Below are positions 23,330-31,996 of a stretch of DNA of 31,996 bases, piece after piece (within the stretch, counting starts at the first letter, position 1; each line of letters starts with the position of its first letter). The translations under genes were made by a program, and so were the position numbers. A model generated the notes under the pieces. It ran no database searches and was not told where the DNA came from. It saw only the letters and a list, made by a program, of their open reading frames with translations. Origin of the DNA: Chiloscyllium plagiosum. Its lineage: Eukaryota. The DNA is taken from positions 84,443,586-84,475,581 of the forward strand of contig NC_057718.1 of the NCBI RefSeq assembly GCF_004010195.1. The letters are read 5' to 3'.

Positions 23330-24232
23330 AGCTCTTTCCACATCTAGGATGGCCTGGAGTGGAATTGCTCCACTTCTCGCACCTTTGCCCTTGAAACCCA
23401 GCCCCACAATGGCAACATGGATAGACCACCATCCCACTAATCTGTGGATACAGTGCATTATCTTCAATTTTTCCCATGTACAGTCAGACCCCACCACCAA
23501 TATATTTTCTTCCCCACACTGTGTTCTGCAGAGACCATTCCCTCTGTGACACCCTCATTAAGTACACCTCCCACCAACACACTTACACCTGGCACCTTCC
23601 TCTGCAGCTGCACGAGGTGCAAAACCTGCACCTCCCCCCCTCACTTGTGTCCAAGGCCCTAAAGGATCATTTTAAATCTATCAGAGATTTTCCTGCACGT
23701 CCTCCTACCTCAATTACTCTGAAAATGGTCTCCTCTACATTTGGGAGACCAAGCGCCAACTCACTGAGTGGCTCAGGGAACATTTCTGTTCTGCACGCAC
23801 CAAACAACTCCAGTGCCCTGTGGCCAACCACTTCAATTCCCCAAGGACTTGCAAATCCTGGGCTGCCTCCAGTGTCAAATTGAAGCCACCTGCCGTCAGG
23901 AGGAAGAGCATCTTATCTTCTGCCTTTGAACCCTACAACCACACTGCATCAATATTAACTTCACCAGTTTCCAAATCTCCACACACCCACTTCATCCCAG
24001 ATGCATCCCTTCAACTCAGCACTGACCCCTTGAATTGACCTATCTGTCCATCTTCCTACCACCCATCCAGTCTACCCTCCCCACTGACCTATCACAGTCA
24101 CCGCCTATCTATATCTCTCCTTCCCCCCCCCCCCCCCCCCCTGCCCATCACCACTTATATTTATCTCAGCCATTTCCCTTCCACATGCCTGATGAAGGGC
24201 TTATGCCTGAAATGTCGACTCCTGCTCCTTGG
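23330..24232 (+). mobile_element. Decayed Penelope-like element (GIY-YIG endonuclease remnant plus terminal region)
   Basis: C..CKTC motif (~23605-23630), frameshifted LYIGETKR-like motif (~23733-23757), pyrimidine-rich tail, then a CTGATGA...GAAA motif. Confidence 0.75.
24183..24222 (+). ncRNA. Minimal type I hammerhead-ribozyme-like motif (partly decayed)
   Basis: CTGATGA (24189-24195) A GGGC-TTAT-GCCT GAAA (24209-24212) T GTC. Confidence 0.55.
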
Positions 24233-24514
24233 GAGCATATGTTTTTACCATTGGCTGTTGGTATTGGGCAAAGTTACCCTTCTTTCTCAAGTGCTGAAGT
24301 AATAAATGTAAATTACATTTAAAATATACAAATAAAATCAATAGTACATGTGTTTATAAATGTATAAAATATAGATGCATAATGACAATCAGTGTGTAGA
24401 AGACAAAATAGTGAAGTCCATTTGACAATTCAGTTAATGCATATTCTTGAGTAATAAAAGTCAAAAAGGATCCTAGTACAGCTACAAAACTGGCACATAC
24501 CCAACCATATAGAA

Positions 24515-24840
24515 TTTTTATTACTCATTCATTCATGGAATCTGTATTCTGGGTAGGCCAGCATTTATTGTCCATCCCTGGTTGCTCAGAGGGCACTTAG
24601 GAGTCAGGAGTCCCACGTAGGCCAGACCGGGTAAGGATACCAGTTTCCCCCCCTTGAAGGGCATTCTATTTTATTTTTGACAATAAACAATGCATTCATG
24701 GTTATCATAAGACTCTTAATTCAAGATTTTTATTGAATTCAAATTCCACCATCTGCTGTGGTAGGATTCCAACCCAGGTTCCCAGAACATTATCCTGGGT
24801 CTCTGGATTAACAAGTCCAGTGATAATACCACTAGGCAGG
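24515..24840 (-). mobile_element. tRNA-headed SINE with a LINE-derived 3' tail
   Basis: Minus strand begins GCCTAGTGGTA (A-box-like) and contains GGTTGGAATCC (B-box-like); tail GGGATGGACAATAAATGCTGGC matches the LINE end at ~25785-25810. Confidence 0.7.
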
Positions 24841-24869
24841 CTATTGCTTCACTGGTACATAAAAGCAGG

Positions 24870-25845
24870 ACAAATCCAATCTAGCCCAATTACTGTCTCA
24901 TCAGTAAAGTGATGGAAGATGTAACCAATGCAAAGGGTTATGGTAGTTGGAGGTCAGTCACCTCCGCTCTTAAGACATCTCTGCAGGATGTCCCAGCCCA
25001 ACCACTAACATCTTCAGCTGCTTCATTAATTAACTTCCTTCCATTATGATGTCAGAAGCGGGGTTCAGCACTATTTGCATCTCCTCAGATACTGAACCAG
25101 TCCATGTCCAAATGCAACAAGACTTAGGCAGTATATAGATTTAGACTGAAAAGTGGCAAGTCACTTTCGCACCACCAGGCAATGACCATCTTCAGCAAGA
25201 GAGAATCTAATTACCTTTTGATAAACATTGATATCACCATTATTGAAATTATCAGTATTCCATGGGATACCGTTAATCAGAAACTGAACTGGACTCGTCA
25301 TATAACTACTGTGGCTACCAGAGCAGGTCAGAGGCTAGGAATCTTGCAGCAAGTAATTCACCTCCTGACTCCAGAGCTTGTCCACTTTGTAAAAGGCACA
25401 ATAGTCCTCACTTGCCTGGATGGGTGCAGCTCTGCTTGATTGACACCACATCCACAAACATCCACTCCCTCTACCACATACTCAGAAGCAGCAATATGTA
25501 CTATCTATAAGATGCTGTGCAGAAATTCACTAAGGACTCTTAGTATATTCCAAACGCACAACCAATAGCATCTAGAAGGACAAGGGCAGCAGATACAGGG
25601 GAACTCAACTGCCCACAAATTCCTCTACAAGCCACTCACAAACTAGATTTGGAAATGTATCACTGTTCCTTCACTGTCACTGAGTCAAAATCCTGGAATT
25701 ACCCCCCTGATGGCATTGTGGGTATACCTGCACCAAATGGATTGAAGTGGTTCAAAAGACTACCACCTTGTCAAGAGCAACTCAGAATGGACTATAAATG
25801 CTGGCTCAGTCAGTGATACCCACAATCACTGAATTAATTTCAAAA
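24870..25845 (+). mobile_element. Degraded LINE (CR1/L2 group), RT and 3' end
   Basis: Remains of KSNP.NY.PISL..ISKVME and GP..FSCFIN.LP motifs; ORF 25182-25439 LNWTRHITTVATRAGQRLGIL. Confidence 0.7.
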
Positions 25846-26969
25846 ATCACTAAACATCTCAAAATACATAATTAGCAATAAAGTAATTTATTTGTGAGGA
25901 TGCTATATAAAATACAATGTCTTTTATTCATAAAGCAAGTAACTGCAAATACTGGAGATCTGGAACCAAAAGCAGCAATTCACTTTTGAACAAAGGTCAC
26001 TGGATTTGAAACATTAACTCTGCTTTCTCTCCACGGAAGTTGCCAGACCTACTGAGTTTCTCCAATATAATTTTTCATTTCTAAATTTTGTCAAACCATG
26101 AGATTGCACAAACCACCACCTTTAAGCTGAACCTGATCTATCTTATTAACTCATACATCTGCATATGTCAGTGATCTATACATAGAGTCATAGAGATGTA
26201 TTACATAGAAACAGACTCTTCAGTACAACTCATCCATGCTGACCAGAGATCCTAACAACCTAGTTAAAAATCACACAACACCAGGTTAGAGTCCAACAGG
26301 TTTATTTGGAAGCCTTCATTGGTTATTTGGTACCCTTCGTTGTCCAGTACTTTCCGGGAGTCACAATTCTATGCAATGTTCTTCACAGCCCGCAACACAT
26401 TACTGATGAGGATGAGCATCTCTCCAAAATCTTTCCTACACCTCCGCTTCTTGCCTTTAAACAACCCCCAAACCTTAAACAGACGATTCTTTGCAGCAAA
26501 CTGCCCAGCCTTCAGGACAACATCGACCATAACACCATACAACCCTGTCATGGCGACCATTGCAAGGTGTGTCAGAGTGTTGACACATATCGCCATTACT
26601 CATGGGGATATGACCACCGTGTACACAACAGGTACTGGTGTCTCGGCTAACATTGTCTATCTCATATGCTGCAGGCAAGGATTCCCTGAGACATGGTACA
26701 TTGGTGAGACCAAGCAGACGCTACGATAACAGGTGAATGGACACCACACAACAAACAGACAGAGGTGTTTCCTCCCAATCGGGAAGCACTTCAGCGGTCA
26801 GGGACATTCGGTCTTGGAACTTTGGGTGACCATTCTCCAAGGTGGACTTTGAGATAGGCAACAACTCAAAATGCTCGAGTAAAGGCTGATAGCCAATTTT
26901 GATACCCATGGGATGGCCTCAACCAGAGTCTTGGGTTCATGTCATGCTACAGGTGACCCCACTGCACTA

Positions 26970-27225
26970 TACACTCTCTCTCTCTCTCACACACGCACAC
27001 ACTCTTGCATACTCACACACTCACGCAGACTCTCTCCCATACACATACTGTCTCTCATACGCACACACATATACTGTACACCCCCCACACTCACACCCAC
27101 GCACACACCCTCTCACAGGCTTCTACTCCATCACACCCACATGCATACTTTACCAAGATTTCACACACGCAAACACACACTCGCTCACACTCGCTCTCTC
27201 TCTCTCTCATGCACACTCACACACA
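26970..27225. repeat. Degenerate (CA)n/(CT)n low-complexity tract within the Penelope-like element
   Basis: Seen directly; it produces the spurious His/Thr-rich ORFs in the track. Confidence 0.85.
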
Positions 27226-27634
27226 TGTTTTTGGGGTGAATTTGAATTTTCAAAATTATACTTGCAGATACATTCTATTTTTCTCAAAAAATGCACAAAC
27301 CGGAGGCAGTCAATGCGGGCTGTCAATCCATGTAATATTTTGTAAATTCCACTGTGGAAATAGAACTGGTCTGACTTAAGATTGGGATACAGACAGACAA
27401 TGACCTCATGCCTTTAATGCATTCTCTGAGCTGAGATGTCACCTTTTGTTATAAATCCTTAAGTCATCTTGAGAAGGTGACTTCAAAGAAGTTCTGGATT
27501 TACATATTAATGAATTGAAACCTACTCATTATAAAAGATGAAAGACTTAACGATCCAGGTTTGTTCCATATATTATTTCAGTTGCTTGACACTGTAATCT
27601 TTTGCTATAAATTCTGTCTTATCTTCTACTCCAC

Positions 27635-27675
27635 AAACACCTGATGAAGGAGCAGCACTCCAAAAGCTAGTGCTT
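27635..27675 (+). ncRNA. Minimal type I hammerhead-ribozyme motif with a G-to-A core mutation
   Basis: CAC CTGATGA (27641-27647) A GGAG-CAGCA-CTCC AAAA GCTA GTG: stem I CAC/GTG, stem II GGAG/CTCC, palindromic AGCT as stem III, CUA triplet. Confidence 0.6.
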
Positions 27676-27876
27676 CTAAATAAACCTGTTGGACTATAAC
27701 CTGGTGTTGTGTGATTTTTAACTTTGTCCATCCCAGTCCATCACTGGTTCCTCCACATCATAACCTAATCTCGTCCCATTTGCCTGTACTTGGCCCATAT
27801 CCCACTAAACCCTTCCTATTCATGTACCTATCCAGATGCCTTTTTAAATGCTGTAATTGTACCAGCCTCCACCATT

Positions 27877-28045
27877 CTCTATGCTACTCTCTCCCCACCC
27901 CCACCCTCCCCTAGCTTATCTCTCCACGCTTCAGGCTCTCTGCCTTTATTCCTGATGAAGGGCTTTTGCCCGAAACGTCGATTTTGCTGAAGCTCCTCGA
28001 TGCTGCCTGAATTGCTGTGCTCTTCCAGCACCATTGATCCAGAAT
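27877..28045 (+). mobile_element. Short Penelope terminal-repeat fragment inserted in the CR1 3' region
   Basis: Interrupts the CR1 sequence; CCATT at 27872-27876 and 28046-28050; same family as 24050-24232. Confidence 0.75.
27946..27985 (+). ncRNA. Minimal type I hammerhead-ribozyme motif with an intact core
   Basis: CTGATGA (27952-27958) A GGGC-TTTT-GCCC GAAA (27972-27975) C GTC; ACGT palindrome; GUC triplet at 27977-27979. Confidence 0.7.
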
Positions 28046-29189
28046 CCATTTCCTTTGGCAGCTCATTCCTAACACGCACCACCCTCTGTGTGAAAAGGTT
28101 ACCCTTTAGGTCCCTTTTCTATCTTTCTTCTCTCACCCTAAACCTATGCCCTCTCATTCTGGACTCCCCCACCCAGAGAAAAGATCTTGTCTATTTATTT
28201 TATCCATGCTGCTCATGATTTTATAAACCCCTATAAGTCTCTGATGCTCCAGGGAAAACAGCCCCAACTATTCAGCCTCTCCCTGTAACTCAAATCCTCC
28301 AACCCTGGCAACATCCTTGTAAATCTTTTCTGAACCCTTTCAAGTTTCACAGCATCCTTCTGATAGGAAGGAGACCAGAATTGCATGCAATATTCCAACA
28401 GTGGTCTAACTAATTTCCTGTACAACATGACCTCCCAACTCCTGTATTCAATACTCTGACCAATAAAGGAAAGCATACCAAATGCCTTCTTCAGTATCCT
28501 ATCTACCTGCAACTCTACTTTCAAGGAACATTGAACCTGCACTCCAAGGTCTCTTTGTTCAGCAACATTCCCTAGGAGCTTACCATTAAGTGTATAAGTC
28601 TTGTTCTGATTTGCTTTTCCAAAATGCAGCACCTCACATTTATCTAAATTAAACTCCATCTGCCACTCTTCAGTCCATTGGCTCATTTGTACAAGATCCT
28701 ATTATACTCTGTGGTGACCTTCTTCGCTGTCCACTACACCCCCAGTTTTGGTGTCATCTCCAAACTTAGTAACTGTACCTCCTATGATCACATCCAAATC
28801 ATTTATATAAATGAGGAAAAGCAGTGGACCCAGCACTGATCCTTGTGACACATACCGGTCACAGGCCTCCAGTCTGAAACACAACCCTCCACCACAACCA
28901 CACTCTGTCTTCTACTTTTAAGCCAGTTCTGTATCCAAATGGCTAGTTCTCCCTTGTATTCCATGAGATCTAACCTTGATAACCAGTCTCCCATGAAGAA
29001 TGTTGTTGAACACTTATATCTTGGAGATACTGAGGCCAACTGCAATTGACTAAATGTTTGATTCAGTTTGGGACCTGACATATGAGCCACTTAAGTTATC
29101 CAGAGAGTCCATGTTTCTGATGTCAAATCTTAAAATTATTTGTTTTCCAGTATTTCTAGTCTGTACCACATGTGCTCACATGGCATTGA

Positions 29190-29470
29190 TCAGCATTGAC
29201 TCAAAATCTGGTAACACAATAACTTTCAATTTCCTATCTTTGTTTTTAAATTCCTCTTGATTTCAACTCTCTATCTCTCTAATCTCCTTAAAACCTGCAA
29301 CCATTTCAGATATCTGCTGTCCTCCAATTCTAGGAACTTGTGCATCCCAGATTTTAATTGCTGCTCCATTGGTAGTTATGCCTTTCACTAACTAGGTCCT
29401 AAACTCTGGAATTCCTTCCTCCCTGTCCCTGACCTCTTTCTTCTTTTGTCCACCTTCGAGGGAATAAAGG
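29190..29470 (+). mobile_element. L2-type LINE 3' remnant
   Basis: G..AF...GPKLWNS.L-like remnant at ~29370-29420; L2-like tail AAAGGCACTATACAAATGCAAG near 30165-30190. Confidence 0.45.
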
Positions 29471-29491
29471 GATATTGCAAAAAAAGGTATC

Positions 29492-29937
29492 ATTTGAGCT
29501 ACAGAGAGAGGCTGAATAAGCTGTGATTGTTTTCCCTGGAGTATCCGAGCCTGAGTGGTGTCCTTATAGAAGTTTATAAAATCATAAGGGGCATGGATAG
29601 GGTAAATAGTCAAGGTTTTTTCCTTGGGCGGGGGAGTCCAGAATGAGAGGGCATAGGTTTAGGGTGAGAGGGGAAAAATTTAAAAGGAACCTAAGGGGCA
29701 ACTTCTTCACACAGAAAGTGGTGCGTGTATGGAATGAGCTTCGAGGGGAAGTGGTGGAGGCTAGTACAATTACAACATTTAAAAGGCATCTGGATGGGTA
29801 TATGAATAGGAAGGGTTTACAGGGATGTGGGCTAAGTGCTGGCAGGTGGGACTAGATTGGGTTGGGATACCTGGTTGGCATGGATGAGTTGGACCGAAGG
29901 GTCTGTTTCCATGCTGTACATCTTTATGACTCTATGT
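29492..29937 (+). mobile_element. CR1-type LINE 3' end
   Basis: ORF 29643-29855 RGHRFRVRGE.FKRNLRGNFFTQKVVRVWNEL; ends TTTATGACTCTATG. Confidence 0.9.
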
Positions 29938-31167
29938 ATTGGTGCAGACTTGGTTGGCTGAAGGATCTGTTCCCTGTGCTGTACTGTACTTTACTCTTTC
30001 CTAATACCTCTCAGCTTAAATATGGTAATTTATGCAGGCTAATGTTTTGTCAGCATTTAGACATGAAAGAAATAATTTGTATTTCATTATAGCACCAACA
30101 TAAAATGACATCCCAAAATGATTTTATTTTCTCAATGTCAAGCGATGTCTATTAATATTCCAAGTTAAAGGCACTATACAAATGCAAGTTATTGTTAGGT
30201 TTCTAATGATTTTTGTTTTGATTTAAGAGCAGTTGGCACAATTAATAATAAGGTGCCCAAGTTTGTGAAGCTACAATTCCAGTACCACATCACTCAGATG
30301 GTCATTATTGATCAGTGTGGACTGATGAACTGTTTGATCATGGGTAGCATCCCAGCCAAGTCCTGTCTTCATCTGACTTCATAAAGAATCAGATTCATAG
30401 CTATTTTCCCACTCTCCATCTAGCTCAGAGTAACAGAAACCAATGGTGCCACTGTTCCAGCTGAGAACAGCCGACAACATGGAGAAAAGATCAAAACTGG
30501 GTCACCTGCCCTTATTGGAGTGGCTCAGTCACCCAGCTGTTAGGCCATTGAGCAAATGTAGCAATCAGTTAGGTCGAGATTTTATTAATAAATAGTAGTC
30601 AGGGTTTAGAGTTTTAGGTAAAATTTTTAGCCGAGGAGTGTGCATGCTAGAAAGAAAATATAGGACATTTATAAAAGCCATGTTGCCAGGACATTCAAAA
30701 TCATTTAAAATCAGAGGAGCAATTTTGAAACTGTTGGAATGTAATAAGATGATATCACAAACTACATCAAAAAGCCACTTTGGTGTGAAGAACTGAACTT
30801 TGTCGTCATGGATACAGAAGGGCAGTTCCTTATCCTACAACAGGAAACTGGGCTGGGGAATATGCACACAACAGTACTCCATGTGGGGCCTCATTGTTTT
30901 CGGGGTTTGATAAAGGGTGTGGTTGCCATGGTACTATTCTGTACACAGAAAAGAGTGCGATGACATGATTAGCTGTAGCATGAAATCATCGTATTGTTTG
31001 CCAATTGCTTGTGGAATTATAATTCATCATCCTTCTAATTTATTCAAAAAATAATTGGTAAAAGCTGCCAGAAAAGTTCAGGGTGTGTCAAATGTATGTG
31101 GTGCATGAAAATCCCTATGCCACTGATTACAATAAAGACTGACTGTGAAGAACAGTCGGCCAGGTTT

Positions 31168-31233
31168 GAGTCATAGAGATGTACAACTCATCCAGGTCGA
31201 CAAGATATCCTAAATTATTCTAGTTCCATTTGC
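31168..31233 (-). mobile_element. CR1-type 3' tail fragment
   Basis: GAGTCATAGAGATGTAC...AACTCATCCA matches the tails at 13455 and 26181. Confidence 0.7.
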
Positions 31234-31996
31234 AGGCCACCCGACCAAGGAATGTAAGGAGGCCAAGAACTGTAATCTGTGCGGAGAGGCGGGCCACATG
31301 TACAAGGCCTGCCCAAGACGAGGGGCCGCCACCTACGCACAGATGGCGGGAGGTGGCAACACGAGCTGTGGACCGCCTAAGACCAGCAAGGTACCACAAA
31401 ACAGCACGGGAATGGTGTCAGGAGGTACCCAGAAGGAAGGGCAGGCTGTAGCGGAGCAGACGGCAGACAGCGGGGAGATGCAGCAGCCGATGGCAGACAG
31501 CGGGGAGATGCAGCAGCCGATCCAAGCTCCTTCAGGACAGATGGAGGAAATGGAAGGGAAGGGATCAAAGGAGGCAGAGGATTGGATTACTGTCAAAAGC
31601 AGGAAGAGGAAACCTCCCAAAGCCACCCAGCGAGGGGGGAAACGACACCTACACGACGAGGATACAGGCAGCTCATCTGACGGTGAGGAGGGTCATCACC
31701 AGAGGAAGAGACAGAGCGCCGCGGGGAAAAAGGAGTGCAGCACCGCCCAAACAGGAAAAGACGATCCCTCTGAGGGGATGGGTAAAGGCTTCCCCCCACC
31801 CGGTGAGAACCAAGAGGTACCCACCGCCCCACAGCTCCAGGTAACTGGGAGCAGCGGTCCTGTGACAGCCCCGCTGTCAGATGGAGAACTGGACTATGCG
31901 GACCCTGGGCCCGACCCGAAGACACCAGAGCGGGGAAATGGCTTCAGCGTGGAGCCGGACAGCTACCTCAGCCCTGGGAGGGTCCAGCAGTTTGCC
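31232..31996 (+). mobile_element. Zinc-knuckle (CCHC) ORF1 C-terminal part of an L1/Tx1-type retrotransposon (ZCCHC3-like), open to the window end
   Basis: Stop-free 255-codon frame absent from the ORF track: AGHPTKECKEAKNCNLCGEAGHMYKACPRRGAATYAQ...EDWITVKSRKRK...; CX2CX4HX4C at 31271-31312; abrupt GC/CpG rise. Confidence 0.78.
31462..31521 (+). repeat. In-frame 30-bp tandem duplication
   Basis: GGCAGACAGCGGGGAGATGCAGCAGCCGAT twice (ADSGEMQQP twice). Confidence 0.9.

Larger units (their letters stand above)
26262..27761 (+). mobile_element. Penelope-like retroelement: 5'-truncated GIY-YIG endonuclease region, CA/CT-rich tract and terminal repeat, with an inverted copy of the terminus at its 5' side
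   Basis: PLLAFKQPPNLK, C..CKVC, NIVYLICC...WYIGETKQTLR (26306-26729); 26262-26313 is the reverse complement of 27672-27723 (50 of 52 identical). Confidence 0.9.
26181..29010 (-). mobile_element. CR1-type LINE (RT C-terminal half plus 3' UTR) split by two nested Penelope-type insertions
   Basis: Minus ORFs 28702-28884 (QGSVLGPLLFLIYINDL..KFGDDTK) and 28231-28686 (WQMEFNLDKCEVLHFG, LVRPLLEYCMQFWSP); 3' pieces at 26181-26260, 27762-27876 and from 28046. Confidence 0.9.

Noticed and set aside
26899..27379. His/Thr-rich ORFs, and the (CA)n tract as an hnRNP L autoregulatory site
   Set aside because: The ORFs are translations of low-complexity DNA inside a Penelope element, more than 5 kb beyond the likely poly(A) site.
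28231..29090. Reverse-transcriptase ORFs as a functional or domesticated gene
   Set aside because: Split across frames, 5'-truncated and with two insertions in its 3' region; an ordinary dead CR1 copy.
31230..31925. Listed ORFs 31230-31451 (+) and 31333-31925 (-)
   Set aside because: Shadow frames of the zinc-knuckle ORF starting at 31232 in GC-rich DNA.

Overview
Vertebrate genomic DNA, most likely an elasmobranch (shark) judging from the repeat families (inference), not prokaryotic. Bases 1-~21250 (+) hold the last 11 coding exons of an hnRNP L / hnRNP LL family RNA-binding protein gene, from the end of RRM1 through RRM2-4 to the stop at 20630-20632. The spliced frame from base 2 is 1236 nt (411 aa plus stop) and is phase-consistent at every junction. 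Points of interest: (1) a minor-spliceosome U12-type AT-AC intron at 566-2627; (2) a CA-rich block with a candidate NMD 'poison' exon in the intron where mammalian HNRNPL autoregulates; (3) a protein that mixes L-type and LL-type residues and may be a third paralogue. Most of the remaining sequence is retroelement-derived: CR1/L2-type LINE fragments, SINEs, Penelope-like (GIY-YIG) elements with minimal type I hammerhead-ribozyme motifs and fold-back ends, and an uninterrupted zinc-knuckle ORF1 of an L1/Tx1-type element running off the right end. Comparisons with human proteins and repeat families are from memory, not from database searches.
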